A DNA stretch of 64,000 nucleotides from Candidatus Eiseniibacteriota bacterium (GTDB taxonomy: Bacteria > Eisenbacteria > RBG-16-71-46 > JABDJR01), in the NCBI GenBank assembly GCA_963762255.1, contig CAVXKA010000001.1, positions 1,088,001 through 1,152,000 on the forward strand. Direction: 5' to 3'. The notes beneath the pieces were generated by a model that saw only the letters and a list, made by a program, of their open reading frames with translations, made no database searches and was not told where the DNA came from. Shown here one piece after another: positions 39,268 through 50,953 of this stretch (position 1 is its first letter; every line of letters starts with the position of its first letter). The translations under genes were made by a program, and so were the position numbers.

Positions 39268-40260
39268 GTGACCGGCCCCGCCGTCGAGCCTCGCCCCGGC
39301 GCATTCGGAAAGCTACCGCTCGCCGCGGACTTCGTGGCGGTCAACGCCGGAGGCCCCGGAGTGCGCGGCTTCACCGAGTGGCTGCAGGAGGGTGTCGGTC
39401 TCGGCCACGCCCGACTGGGAAGCTCGTGGGACACGACGTTTCCGCGCATGCCCGCCTGGCGCTTTCTCCTGACCATGGGCCCCGGCGGGATCGCGCTCGC
39501 CGGGGTTATGGTGGCGGGGCGGGACCGGAGCGGCCGACGGTTCCCGTTCACCCTCTTCGCCGGCGTGCCCCCGCTCGAAGCGGCGGGGTTGGGTGCGCGA
39601 TTGGCCGGCTTGCTTCCCTTCCTGGATCGGGCCGAGGGCGAGGCCCGGCGGTTGGTGGAGCTGGGCGAGGTGTCGGGGCCGTCGCCGTTGCGGCCAGTGT
39701 CCGAGGCCGTTGAAGGTCTCTCCGCCTCCCTCCCTGCTGGGGGCGCGGGGACCTCGTCGATGCCCGCGCCATGGCCCGCGATCTCGGCGCTCTCCGACCT
39801 CGACCCCGCCGGGGCGGGGCACCTGCTCACCCGGATCGGTGGGAATCTACTGGAGGTGGCGGCCCGGGCGGGATCGAACGGCGCAAGTGCCCCTGCATAC
39901 GGGCTTCGTACTCCGGTCCCCGCGCACGGTCCCGAGGCGATGGCGGTGGTGCGCTTCTGGGTGGAACTCGCCCGCCGGGCGATCGGGAAAGAGGGAACGC
40001 CGCGCGCGATTTTCTGGTCCCTGGCCGACGGGAACGGTCGGGGATCGCTCGATCTTTATTTTCGCCCCCCCGGGACCACGGCGTTCCTACACCTCGTAGA
40101 CCGGGCTTTCGAGAGCGACGCGCTTTATCTTCTGGACGAGGCGGATCCAACCCGCCCCGGACCGGCGGCGCGGTCCTGGGCAGATGCCGTCTCGGAACTC
40201 TGCGCGCGGGACGCGACCCTCGATGAGGTGCTCACCCGGCTGGACCCCCACCCGTGTTGA
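39268..40260 (+). CDS. tagF: T6SS-associated protein TagF
   Basis: FGKLPLAADFV, WLQEG, AWRF, DRSGRRFPF. Confidence 0.88.
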   Translation: MTGPAVEPRPGAFGKLPLAADFVAVNAGGPGVRGFTEWLQEGVGLGHARLGSSWDTTFPRMPAWRFLLTMGPGGIALAGVMVAGRDRSGRRFPFTLFAGVPPLEAAGLGARLAGLLPFLDRAEGEARRLVELGEVSGPSPLRPVSEAVEGLSASLPAGGAGTSSMPAPWPAISALSDLDPAGAGHLLTRIGGNLLEVAARAGSNGASAPAYGLRTPVPAHGPEAMAVVRFWVELARRAIGKEGTPRAIFWSLADGNGRGSLDLYFRPPGTTAFLHLVDRAFESDALYLLDEADPTRPGPAARSWADAVSELCARDATLDEVLTRLDPHPC

Positions 40261-40498
40261 CCGAGGATCGACCGGGGCCCGGAGCGCCGGCGCCGATGAG
40301 GTCCGGAGAGGCAGCTTCGGAGGCATTCCTGCGGGACTTGAATCCGGGAGTGGTCTCGCCTAGACTCGCTGACTTATACCTTACCGAATCGCCCGGAAGC
40401 GCTGAAGCGTGGGGAGCCACCTCTCCCCACCGGTGCCTCCAGATCTTCGTGTCGTGTCGTCAAACACTTAGTCTATCGGGAGAGGAACGACAAAGCTG

Positions 40499-42052
40499 GT
40501 GAGCGCAGCGGAGTTCCTGGACCTCGCGTCGAAACCCATTCGGGAAGATGCCCCCGCCGGAGTGTCGGTCAGGGACGAACCCGAATTCGAGAGCCTCCAG
40601 CAGGAGATGCGGAAGTTGGAGCTTCCCACCTTGCCGGAAGTGGCTTGGGGCGACGTCGTGCGTGGTGCGGGGGTGATCCTCGAAACCCGATCCAAGGATC
40701 TCCTGGTGGCGAGCTGGCTCTGCGTCGGCCTCTACGAGCGCGACGGAGCCGCCGGTCTCGCCGCCGGCCTCACCGTAATGCGGGACATCCTGACGAACTA
40801 CTGGGAGACCCTCTATCCCGAGATGAAGCGCATGCGCGGGCGGGCGGCCGCGATCGAGTGGCTGGGAGAGCGCGGCGCTCAGTGCCTTTCCGTCGCGGGA
40901 GCCAAGCGCGGGTCTCCCGACGATTTGAGGACATGCCAGGAGCGGGTTCGGGAGATCGGTGAGTTCCTCGCCGACAAGCTCGAGAGCGGCGGGACCCTTC
41001 TATCGGAGCTTCGACGAGCCCTGGATGACGCGGTCATGCGCCAGGCGGCACCGCCGGCGCCGGCGCAGCCCGCGGGCGGTGCGGCCGGCAAGTCCTCGGT
41101 GGAATCGGTGGCCTCTCTCGATGACGCGAACAAAGCCCTCGCCGAGATTCGCCGTCTTGCGCTGGCCGCCTCCGCGGTCTTGCGCGAAACCGAGCCCGCG
41201 AATCCGTCGGCCTATCGGCTGCCCCGGCAGGTGTTGTGGGCGCGGGTCACTCAGGCTCCTCCGCAATCGGACGGGCAGACCCAGATACCCGCTCCCGGCG
41301 ATTTGGGGGTCGAACTCCAGGCGGCCCTGGATCGCGCGGAGTGGAAGGGTGTGGTGATGCGTGCCGAGGACAAGTTGGCGACCAGCATCTTCTGGCTCGA
41401 TCTCCACCGCTATACGGTGACCGCTCTGGAAGCGATGGGAGAGTCCTTCGCCCCCGCGGCGGAGGCCGTGTGCGAAGAGCTGGCTTTGCTCTTGAGGCGC
41501 GTGCCCGAACTCCCGACGCTGCGCTTCGCCGACGGCAGCGGACTGGCCGACGACACCACGCGGAAGTGGATCCACACCCGGGTTGCGGGAGTTCTCGGCG
41601 GGGGCCACACGGCGGCGGCGCCTGCTCCGGTTCCCGTCGACGGCATGCCCGACCTGGAAGGGTTTGAGGAGGCCCGCGCAGAGGCAAGAAAGTTGAGCGG
41701 CAAGAAGCAGCTTCCGCAAGCGTTACGGCGTCTGGAAGAAGGCGCGGCGCGAGCCGGGCGCTTTCCGGCGCGTGCCCGCTGGAGACTGGAGATGGCCCGG
41801 CTCTGTCTTGAGCGGGGTCAGCCGGCGGCGGCGGAGGCCATGCTCGAGAACCTGGACCGGGAACTTTCCCGATCGACCTACGAGGACTGGGGCCCCGAAT
41901 TGTCCGCGGAGATTCTCAAGACGTTGCTTGCGTGCCGACGCAAGGCGGGGCGGGCCGCCGGTCCCGATGAGGCGGAGCGGAACCGCACTCTGTTGAATCG
42001 GCTCTATCGTCTCGACGTGATGGCGGCCATGGACGCGGATGGCCGGGGTTGA
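40499..42052 (+). CDS. tssA: T6SS protein TssA (ImpA_N plus VasJ-type C-terminus)
   Basis: PAGVSVRDEPEFE, SKDLLVASW, YWETLYP, FWLDLH, LRFADG. Confidence 0.9.
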   Translation: MSAAEFLDLASKPIREDAPAGVSVRDEPEFESLQQEMRKLELPTLPEVAWGDVVRGAGVILETRSKDLLVASWLCVGLYERDGAAGLAAGLTVMRDILTNYWETLYPEMKRMRGRAAAIEWLGERGAQCLSVAGAKRGSPDDLRTCQERVREIGEFLADKLESGGTLLSELRRALDDAVMRQAAPPAPAQPAGGAAGKSSVESVASLDDANKALAEIRRLALAASAVLRETEPANPSAYRLPRQVLWARVTQAPPQSDGQTQIPAPGDLGVELQAALDRAEWKGVVMRAEDKLATSIFWLDLHRYTVTALEAMGESFAPAAEAVCEELALLLRRVPELPTLRFADGSGLADDTTRKWIHTRVAGVLGGGHTAAAPAPVPVDGMPDLEGFEEARAEARKLSGKKQLPQALRRLEEGAARAGRFPARARWRLEMARLCLERGQPAAAEAMLENLDRELSRSTYEDWGPELSAEILKTLLACRRKAGRAAGPDEAERNRTLLNRLYRLDVMAAMDADGRG

Positions 42053-42170
42053 CGCGGGGCGACTCATCGAACCGTTCTGATGTGGAGACTCGGCGGCACC
42101 GTGGAGTCGGGCAATCCCGGCTCCGAGAATCGGTTCCGCCTCTAACGCTACCAACGCCAAGGAGAGGACC

Positions 42171-42728
42171 ATGGCCAAGGAAGGATCGGTAGCTCCCAAG
42201 GAGCGAGTGAATATCGTCTACAAGCCCGCCACCGGCGGAGCCCAGGCGGAGATCGAGCTTCCGCTCAAACTCATGGTTCTGGGCGACTTCACCAACCGCA
42301 CGGACGAGACGCCCCTCGAGGAGCGGAAGGCGATCACGGTGGACAAGGACAATTTCAACGACGTGATGGCGCAGCACAATCTCGGGGTGACCATCAACGT
42401 GAAGAACACTCTGAGCGGAGGCCAGGGGGACGAGCTGAGCGCCAAGCTCCAGTTCAAGAACCTTCGGGATTTCGAGCCCGCCGCGATCGCCCGCCAGGTT
42501 CCGGAGCTCAACAAGCTGCTCGAACTGCGCGAGGCCCTCACCGCGCTGAAGGGTCCGCTGGCCAACGCCCCCGCCTTCCGCAAGAAGATCGAGGCGCTTC
42601 TGCAGGATCCGGCCCAGCGCGAGAGGATCATGAGGGAGTTGGGCCTGGGCGGCGGTGCCGCACCCGCTCCGGCGGACGCACCTCCCGAAGGGGGCGGCGG
42701 ACCCTCGAACCCCGAGACCGGTGCTTAG
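42171..42728 (+). CDS. tssB: T6SS sheath small subunit TssB
   Basis: SVAPKERVNIVY, ELPLKLMVLGDF, DFEPAAIARQVPEL, LREALTALKGPL. Confidence 0.95.
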   Translation: MAKEGSVAPKERVNIVYKPATGGAQAEIELPLKLMVLGDFTNRTDETPLEERKAITVDKDNFNDVMAQHNLGVTINVKNTLSGGQGDELSAKLQFKNLRDFEPAAIARQVPELNKLLELREALTALKGPLANAPAFRKKIEALLQDPAQRERIMRELGLGGGAAPAPADAPPEGGGGPSNPETGA

Positions 42729-42808
42729 TACGGGCATTCGAATGAGCGAGTCCCAGGAACGGGTCGCCGCGGCTTCCGGGCCGGTCTGCGCGCCCTGGAG
42801 GAAAGACA

Positions 42809-44306
42809 ATGTCTGAGATGGAAAAGCAAGCACAGCCCGCGGCCGCAGGGGCGCAGGAGGCCGGTGGCTCGCTGCTCGACGAGATCGTCCTGACCACGAA
42901 GGTGAAGCCCACGGACGAGAGCTTCGCGGTGGCGAAGCGGGGGCTGGAGGCCTTCATCAAGGAGCTGGTCCGTCCCGGGGTGACGCTCCCCGGGTCCACC
43001 AGTCGGTGATCAACGAGATGATCGCCGAGCTGGACGAGAAGATGAGCGCGGCAGATCGACGACGATCCTCCATCATCCGCAGGTCCAGACGGTCGAGTCC
43101 GCCTGGCGCGGTCTCAAGCTCCTGGTCGACCGGACGGACTTCCGGGAGAACACCAAGATCGAGATCTTGAACGTCTCCAAGGAAGACCTCCTGAACGATT
43201 TCGAGGATTCCCCGGAGCTGGTGAAGTCCGGCCTCTACAAGCAGATCTACAGCGGCGGAGTACGGGCAGTTCGGCGGCGAGCCCATCGGGGCGATGATCG
43301 CCAACTACGAGTTCACGGCGCATCCGCAGGACATCAAGCTGCTGCAGTACGCGGCCGCCGTCGCCACCATGGCCCATGCGCCGTTCATCGCTGCGGCCAG
43401 CCCCAAGTTCTTCGGCGAGGACGACATTACGGACGCTGCCCAATCTCAAGGACCTGAAGTCGATCTTCGAGGCGCCGACAGTACGCCAAGTGGCGTTCCT
43501 TCCGCGAATCGGAGGACGCGCGGAACGTCGGGCTTGTCATGCCCCGATTCCTACTCCGGCTCCCCTACGGCGAGGAGACGGTGCCGGTCAAGGAGTTCAA
43601 CTACGACGAGCAGGTCGACGGGCAGCCACGACAAGTACCTCTGGGGGAACGCCGTCTTCACCTTCGCCACCCGGTTGACCGACAGCTTCGCCAAGTTCCG
43701 GTGGTGTCCCGAACATCATCGGCCCGCAGAGCGGCGGCGCGGTCGAGGACCTGCCGGTCCACGTCTACAAGGCGATGGGCGCGACCGAGCAGAAGATCCC
43801 CACCGAGGTGCTGATCTCCGAGCGGCGGGAGTTCGAGCTGGCCGAGGAGGGGTTCATCGCCGCTCACCATGCGCAAGGGGTCGCGACAATGCCGCCTTCT
43901 TCTCCGCGAACTCCTGCCAGAAGCCGAAGTTCTTCGGACAGAGCAAGGAAGGAAAGGACGCCGAGACCAACTACAAGCTCGGCACCCAGCTTCCCTACAT
44001 GTTCATCGTCAACCGCCTGGCTCACTACATCAAGGTGATCCAGCGGGAGAACATCGGGAGCTGGAAGGAGAGAGCGATCTCGAATCGCGAACTGAACAAC
44101 TGGATCAACCAGTACGTGGCGGAGATGGACGACGCGAGCGCGACGGTACGAGGCGCGGCGGCCGCTGCGGGAGGCCGAGATCATGGTCGAGGACGTCGAG
44201 GGCGATCCGGGCTGGTACAGGGTCGGACATGAAGGTGCGCCCCCACTTCAAGTACATGGGTGCGTTCTTCACGCTCTCCCTGGTCGGGAAGCTGGACAAG
44301 AAGTAA
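42809..44306 (+). CDS. tssC: T6SS sheath large subunit TssC (multiple frameshifts)
   Basis: Fragments across frames: ESAWRGL, KSGLYKQIY, AHAPFIAA, PRFLLRLPYG, YLWGNA, TEVLISERREFELAEEGF, RLAHYIKVIQRENIG, VRPHFKYMG, LSLVGKLD. Confidence 0.9.
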
Positions 44307-44421
44307 CCGCGGTCCGGCCCGGCCGGCGCGCGGTCCCGAATCCGAAGGGCGGTCGCATCGAGGCGGCCAGGTGACCCGCCCGGACCTCTCACAACCCATC
44401 GTCACCAGGAGGCAACGGCTC

Positions 44422-44913
44422 ATGGCGGAGACCGTCCATCTGTAGCTGAAGGCGAACGGCGCGGACGTCCAGGGCGACAGCACCACACATCCATGGAGCG
44501 GGAGAATAGCATCGAGTGCGTGTACTTCGAGTCCTCGGTGCAGACCGCTCGTGAGGCGGGCAGCGGGGCCTCCACGGGCCGCCGGTCGCTACGAGCCGAT
44601 CGTGATCCGCAAGCGGATCGACAAGTCCACGCCACTCCTGTACAAGGCGCTCGCCAACAACGAGGTTATCGACGGGAACGTTCAAGTTCTTCGCCCGAAC
44701 CCGAGCGGCGACGGCACCACCGAGCAGTTCTACACCATCGAGTTCACGAACGGCAGGGTGGCCAGTTTCAAGGCTGTCAGCCCCGATTCCATCGATCCCG
44801 CCTCGGCGACGCATCCCCCACTGGAGGAGATCTCGTTCGTGTTCCAGACGATCTCCTGGACCTACGAGCCGAGCGGGGTGATGCACCAGGATAGCTGGAG
44901 AGCGCAAACCTAA
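44422..44913 (+). CDS. hcp: T6SS tube protein Hcp (in-frame TAG at 44443 plus frameshifts)
   Basis: MAETVHL*LKANGADVQGDS...RENSIEC...TGRR.YEPIVIRKRIDKSTPLLYKAL...EEISFVFQTISW; AGGAGG RBS. Confidence 0.88.
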
Positions 44914-45010
44914 TCCGCCTCTGATCAATGTCCGGGGATCCGGTGGGAGGATGCTGCGAGGCGTCCTCCCACCCCATTCCGCCGTCCACTGAACCGCCAT
45001 CGGAGGGCCC

Positions 45011-45427
45011 GTGCCGCGGGATCGGAGCCTGTTCGAACGCCTGCGTGATCCGGGGAGCGAGGCCCCGCGGACCATCCACGAGAACACCGGTCGGCTGGCC
45101 GACTCGGTCCTGGCCAACCTGCGCAACCTGCTCAATTCCCGGCAGCGGATTGCTCCTGCTTTGCCTGACTACGGGATCCCCGACATGGTGGATCTCGCCA
45201 CCAGCTTCCCGGAGGGGGTGAGCGGCATGCGCCGGGCCATCAAGGATGTCATCGAGACTTACGAACCGCGGCTCCGGCGGGTGACCGTGAAGTACGTAGA
45301 AACTCCGGACGACCCGCTCGCCCTGCGGTTCGAGATCACCGCGGAGCTCGCCACCGCCGAGGAACGCGCCGCGGTCTGGTTCGAGACCCGCATCGATTCC
45401 TCGGGCGAAGTGGACGTCAAGGGATAG
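45011..45427 (+). CDS. tssE: T6SS baseplate subunit TssE (gp25-like)
   Basis: SLFERL, NLRNLLNSR, DYGIPD, YEPRL. Confidence 0.9.
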   Translation: MPRDRSLFERLRDPGSEAPRTIHENTGRLADSVLANLRNLLNSRQRIAPALPDYGIPDMVDLATSFPEGVSGMRRAIKDVIETYEPRLRRVTVKYVETPDDPLALRFEITAELATAEERAAVWFETRIDSSGEVDVKG

Positions 45428-45430
45428 GCG

Positions 45431-47191
45431 ATGTTCAACAAGTACTACCAGGACGAACTCCTGTACCTGCGGGAACTCGGGGAAGAGTTTGCGCGCGCCC
45501 ATCCCGCCGCCGCCCACTTTCTGGGTCAGACCGGCAGCGATCCGGACGTGGAGCGGCTTCTCGAGGGCTTCGCCTTCCTCTCCGGGCGCATCCGCCAGAA
45601 GCTGGACGACGAACTTCCGGAGCTCACGCACTCGCTTATGGGCATGCTTTGGCCGCACTACCTGCGGCCGGTGCCGGCGCTGGCCGTGCTCGAGTTCTCC
45701 CCGGTCCTGGCCGCTCTGCGACAGTCCCAGCGCATCGCCCGCGGGGTGGAGGTCCAGTCGATTCCGGTGGAGGGGACGCCCTGCCGGTTTCGCACCGCCT
45801 ACGAGGTGCGCCTGAACCCCATCTCGCTGGAAGGTGTGAGCCTGGAGAGCCAGGCCACCGGACCGTCGCGGCTCTTCCTGGATTTCCGGGTCTGGAACCA
45901 AGCCCGCGTGGACACTCTGGATCTCCGCCGTCTGCGTCTCTTCCTCCACGGCGACCCCGCGGTGAGCACCACCCTCTATCACAATCTCTGTCGCCACGTG
46001 CGCGAGGCGACCGCCCGCGTCTCGAGCGCGACCGGGGAGGGGGACGGCCCCGGGGGGCGGGTGCCGGTGACCTTCGAGCCGGCCGGCTTTGCCGAAGAAG
46101 AAGCACTGCTCCCGTATCCGGCGCGGGCCTTTTCCGGATACCGCCTGATCCAAGAGTATTTTTCGTTGCCCGAGAAGTTTCTTTTCGTAGATGTGGTCGG
46201 CCTCGACAAGCTCGCCCACCTGCCGGTGCAGGATCGATTCCGGGTGGAAGTTCGATTCGATCAGGCGCTGCCGGTCAGTCTCCGGCCCACCCGGGATGAG
46301 ATCCGACTCTACTGCACGCCCATCGCCAACCTCTTCGCGCATGAGGCGGACCCGTTCCGGATCGATCGCACGCAGGCGGAGTATCGCCTGCGCCCCTCGG
46401 GAACCAATCCCATCCACTATGAGATCTTCTCGGTGGATCGGGTGACCGGGATCCTCCCAGGCACCGCCCAGGAGCGGGTCATCCCCGATTTCTACTCCTT
46501 CCGCCACGGCGGGACCTCGGGGGATTCCACGCATTATCACGACCGGGTGCGGGCGTCGGTGGTGGACGATCGTTCCGAGCACTACCTTTCCTTCGTGGAC
46601 GTGCGGGGGATCAGCGCGATCCCCCCGGTCGAGACGATCTCGGTGTCGCTGACCGCTACCAACCGCCGCCTACCCGAGGGCCTCCGTATCGGGGACGTGA
46701 GCGTGCCCACCGATTCCTCGCCGGAGTTCGTGCGGTTCAAGAATCTCACCGTCCCCACCCCCTCGGTGGCCCCTCCCCTTGAGGGCGATCTGCACTGGCG
46801 GCTCATCTCCCACCTGTCGCTGAACTACATTTCGCTCACCAGCGTGGAGGCGCTTCGGGGGATCCTCGAGCTGTACAACTTCCAGGCCATGCGCGACCCG
46901 CGGGCGGCGCGAGCCAATGCCATGCGGATCCGCGGCATCGAACGCCTGCGAAGCCGCCCCGCCATGGTTCTGGTCCGCGGGGCTCCGATCCGAGGGTGGG
47001 ACGTGGAGCTGGATCTCCTCGAGGACCACTACGCCGGCGACGGGGATCTGCATCTCTTCGCCGCGCTCGTGAACGAGTTCCTGAGCCTGCACACCACCAT
47101 CAATTCCTTCACGCGACTCCGCACGCGGGGGATCCAACACGGCGAGGAGATGACGTGGCCGTCGAAGATCGGACAGAAGACGCTGATCTGA
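45431..47191 (+). CDS. tssF: T6SS baseplate subunit TssF
   Basis: YYQDELLYLR, DPDVERLLEGFAFL, GYRLIQEYF, CTPIANLF, WRLISHLSLNY. Confidence 0.95.
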   Translation: MFNKYYQDELLYLRELGEEFARAHPAAAHFLGQTGSDPDVERLLEGFAFLSGRIRQKLDDELPELTHSLMGMLWPHYLRPVPALAVLEFSPVLAALRQSQRIARGVEVQSIPVEGTPCRFRTAYEVRLNPISLEGVSLESQATGPSRLFLDFRVWNQARVDTLDLRRLRLFLHGDPAVSTTLYHNLCRHVREATARVSSATGEGDGPGGRVPVTFEPAGFAEEEALLPYPARAFSGYRLIQEYFSLPEKFLFVDVVGLDKLAHLPVQDRFRVEVRFDQALPVSLRPTRDEIRLYCTPIANLFAHEADPFRIDRTQAEYRLRPSGTNPIHYEIFSVDRVTGILPGTAQERVIPDFYSFRHGGTSGDSTHYHDRVRASVVDDRSEHYLSFVDVRGISAIPPVETISVSLTATNRRLPEGLRIGDVSVPTDSSPEFVRFKNLTVPTPSVAPPLEGDLHWRLISHLSLNYISLTSVEALRGILELYNFQAMRDPRAARANAMRIRGIERLRSRPAMVLVRGAPIRGWDVELDLLEDHYAGDGDLHLFAALVNEFLSLHTTINSFTRLRTRGIQHGEEMTWPSKIGQKTLI

Positions 47192-48255
47192 GCCGGCTCA
47201 TCTTCGAGGAGCCGTATCGGTTCTCGTTCCCTCAACTGGTGCGCCTGCTCCTGGACCGGCGGGAAGGGGCGGCCGCCCCCGGCGAGGGGGGACCGCCGGG
47301 GCGTGAGACCGTGCGGTTCCGTCCCGCGTTGAGCCTCGGCTTCGCCAACTCCGATGTGACCGCGGTGGATCGGAGCGAGGATCCCTCGGCCGAGATCCCG
47401 GTCCGGTATCGGGTGACCGTGAACTTCTTCGGTCTCTACGGGCCGTCCTCGCCCATGCCCAACCACTTCACCGAGGGCCTTCTATGGGATGGAGTCGAGG
47501 CCCAGGGTCTCCGCGACTTTCTCGATCTCTTCAACCACCGGTTCATCTCCTTTCTCTACCGCGGATGGGTGAAGTATCGCTACTCGGAGCAGTATGCGGC
47601 CGACGGAGGGGATTCCCTGACCGGCCGGATGCTCTGCTTGATCGGGCTGGGTACGCCCGGCATGAAGGAAGCGCTCGGGATTCCCTTCCCTCTCCTGTTA
47701 AGGGGCGCCGGGCTCCTCGGGCCGCACGGAAGATCCGCCGCCGCGCTTCGCGGGTTCCTGGAGGATCAGTTCGACGAGGTGCCCGTGGCGGTGGAAACCT
47801 TCCGCGAACGGATCACGCCTATCCCCCGCGAACAGCTCTGCCGCCTGGGGACGGGGACCGCGCGTCTCGGGGACAGCGCCTGCCTGGGGGAGAGCGTTTT
47901 GGATCACGCGGGCGCCTTCCGTTTGGTGCTGGGGCCGCTGGACGTCGCCGTCGCCGCCCGCTTCCTTCCCGGCCGCGACGCGTTCCGCCGTCTGGTGCGT
48001 CTCACCCGGTATTTCGTCACCGACCCTCTCGAATTCGATGTAGCCCTTCGGGTGAAGCCGGAGACCATTCCCCCCCTGCGTCTGGGCGGCGCCGATGACC
48101 AGCCTCTGGGAGAACTGAGCTGGATCGCACCGCGTGGAAGCGAGGAGGGCTTCGTGGTTCTCTCCACGCTCGGCGCCGATCCGGTGATCGGGGCGACGGG
48201 CCCATACCGAGACGAGGACGCTTATTCCGCCCCGACCGCGTGGGCGATTTCCTGA
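47155..48255 (+). CDS. tssG: T6SS baseplate subunit TssG
   Basis: FSFPQLVRLL, FFGLYGPSSPMP, DFLDLFNHR. Confidence 0.92.
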   Translation: MAVEDRTEDADLSRLIFEEPYRFSFPQLVRLLLDRREGAAAPGEGGPPGRETVRFRPALSLGFANSDVTAVDRSEDPSAEIPVRYRVTVNFFGLYGPSSPMPNHFTEGLLWDGVEAQGLRDFLDLFNHRFISFLYRGWVKYRYSEQYAADGGDSLTGRMLCLIGLGTPGMKEALGIPFPLLLRGAGLLGPHGRSAAALRGFLEDQFDEVPVAVETFRERITPIPREQLCRLGTGTARLGDSACLGESVLDHAGAFRLVLGPLDVAVAARFLPGRDAFRRLVRLTRYFVTDPLEFDVALRVKPETIPPLRLGGADDQPLGELSWIAPRGSEEGFVVLSTLGADPVIGATGPYRDEDAYSAPTAWAIS

Positions 48256-48268
48256 AGGAGAGGCTCCC

Positions 48269-50951
48269 ATGGACGTCGACATCAAAGGTCTGATCAACAA
48301 GCTGAACGGCCCCAGTCGAAGGGCACTCGAAGCGGCGGCGGGGAACTGCGTTTCGCGCGGCCACTACGAGGTCACGGTGGAGCATCTCCTCCTGCAGTTC
48401 CTGGAGGACCCCGCCGGAGACGTCCAGGCCATCCTCCGCCACTTCGAGATCAACCCCGCCGCGCTTCTGCGCACGGTGCAGCATGTGCTGGAGCGGGTGC
48501 GCGCCGGGAACACCGGGCGCCCGGTCTTCTCGCCCCTCCTGCTGGGGTGGATCCAGGACGCGTGGCTGACGGTGTCGGTGGACTACGGCGACGATCGCGT
48601 CCGCTCCGGGGGGCTCTTGCTGGCCCTCGTGCAGAAGCCGGATCGATTCACCGACGAGGATCTCTCCGGCTACCTGGAGCCGATTCGCAAGGACGAACTC
48701 AAGCGGGATCTCTACCGCATCACCGCCTCCAGTTCCGAGCACGAGGCGGTCGGGGAAGGGGAGCCTCGACCCCAGGGGCCGGCCCGCCCCGCCGACGAGA
48801 CGGCGATCGGACGGTTCATGATCGACTTCACCGACCGGGCGCGAAAGGGCGAGATCGATCCGGTGTTCGGGCGCGACCGCGAGATCCGGCAGATGATCGA
48901 CATCCTGGCCCGGCGGCGGAAGAACAACCCGATCGTGGTGGGCGAGCCCGGCGTGGGGAAGACCGCGGTGGTCGAGGGGCTGGCGCTGCGCATCGTGGAA
49001 GGGGACGTCCCCGACGTCCTCAAGAACGTGCGACTTCTCTCGCTCGACCTTGGGCTGCTCCAGGCCGGCGCCGGGGTGAAGGGCGAGTTCGAGAACCGGC
49101 TCAAGGCGGTGATCACCGAGGTCAAGGCCTCGCCCACGCCGATCGTGACCTTCATCGACGAGGCCCACACGCTGATCGGCGCGGGGGGCTCCGCGGGCGG
49201 GAGCGACGCCGCCAACCTCCTGAAGCCGGCGCTCGCCCGCGGCGAGCTGCGCACCATCGCCGCCACCACCTGGTCCGAGTACAAGAAGTACTTCGAGAAG
49301 GACGCCGCGCTGGAGCGCCGCTTCCAGGTGGTCAAGCTGGACGAGCCGTCCGAGGAGGACGCGATCCTCATGATGCGCGGACTGCGCGAGAAGTACGAGG
49401 AGGCCCACGGCGTGCGGATCCGCGACGAGGCAGTGGAGGCGGCGGCCCGCCTCTCCAGCCGCTACATCTCCGGGCGGCAGCTCCCCGACAAGGCGGTCGA
49501 TCTCTTGGACACCGCGGCGGCCCGCGTCAAGATCGCCCAGGCCACCAAGCCCGAAGCCGGTGGACGACCTGGAGCGGCAGCATGCAGGCGCTCGAGCGCG
49601 AGCGCGACGCGCTCAACGGAGGACGAGGACCTGGCGGCGCGGGGGCGAAGCGCGCGACCGGCGCGCGAGGCGCTGACGCGCGAGCTGATCGCGCGCGTCG
49701 AAGACGCGAAGCCGTCGAAGGAGATGCGACCGACGCCGCTGGGAGGAGGAGCGGCGAAGCGGTCGACGCAGCGGTGCCGGCTCTGGCCGCGGCCGCGGTT
49801 CCTCGGCGAAGACCGCGCCGGCCGCGCCGCCGGTGGAAGGTCGCGCGCGGAGACTGGATGCGGCCCTGCGCCGCGCTGGCCGAAGCTCCAGGGCGCGAAC
49901 CCGCTCGTCCCGCTCGACGTGGACGCCGCGTGCTCGTCGCGGCCGTGGTCAGCGAGCTGGACCGGCATCCCGGTGGGCAAGATGATCCGCGACGAGGCCG
50001 CCCTCGTTCTTGACTTCCGCGATCGCATGGCCGAGCGGATCAAGGGTCAGGACCAGGCGCCATCGAAGCGGTCGATCGCGGGCTTCGGGCCTCCCGCGCC
50101 GGGCTCAAGAACCCGCAGCACGCCCATCGGCGTCTTCCTCTTCGTGGGGCCGAGCGGGGTCGGGAAGACCGAGACCGCGCTCGCGGTGGCCGACCTCATG
50201 TTCGGCGGCGAGCGCTTCATCACCACCATCAACATGTCCGAGTTCCAGGAGAAGCACACGGTGAGCCGGCTCATCGGCTCGCCGCCCGGCTACGTCGGCT
50301 ACGGCGAGGGCGGCGTGCTGACCGAGGCGGTCCGGCAGCGGCCCTACTCGGTGGTCCTCCTCGACGAGGTGGAGAAGGCCGATCCCGAGGTGATGAACAT
50401 CTTCTACCAGGTGTTCGACAAGGGCATGCTGGCCGACGGCGAAGGGCGGGTCATCGACTTCAAGAACACCGTCGTCTTCCTGACCAGCAATCTGGCCACC
50501 GACGTGATCATGCAGATGTGCGCCGGCCCGGTCCCGCCGACGCTGGACGAGGTCACCGGCGCCATTCGCCCGATCCTCTCCCAGCACTTCAAGCCGGCGC
50601 TGCTGGCCCGCATGGAGATCGTGCCCTTCTACCCGCTTGCGCGGCGATTTCCTGAAGGAGATCATCCGGCTCAAGCTGAGCAAGGTGGCCGGCCGTCTCT
50701 GGGACAGCCACCGCATGGTCCTCGCGACCGATCCGCGGGTGGAGGAAGTCATCGCCGCCCGGTGCACGGAGGTCGAGACGGGGGCCCGCAACATCGATCA
50801 CATCATCCAGCAGACGCTTCTCCCCATGCTCTCCACCGCGCTTCTGGAACGGATGTCGGAGGGCCCGCTCCCCGACCGAGTCCGGGTCACCGTGGGTGAG
50901 GACGAGAGCTTCGGACTCGAGTTCGGGGGACCGGCGGACAAGGAGGCGTAG
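48269..50951 (+). CDS. clpV: T6SS AAA+ ATPase TssH/ClpV (frameshifts at about 49550-50120 and 50640)
   Basis: GEPGVGKT, FIDEAH, ISGRQLPDKA, GPSGVGKT, SRLIGSPPGYVGYGEGG; the C-terminus ETGARNID is in another frame. Confidence 0.92.
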
Positions 50952-50953
50952 CC

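Noticed and set aside
35814-39830. 1338-aa minus-strand ORF and other long shadow ORFs (e.g. 57693-60044, 44777-46582)
   Set aside because: Antisense to well-supported genes; expected in high-GC DNA; no recognisable motifs
44443-44445. In-frame TAG in hcp as pyrrolysine or recoded stop
   Set aside because: TAG ends other genes in this window, and the site lies among indels, so an error or mutation is simpler
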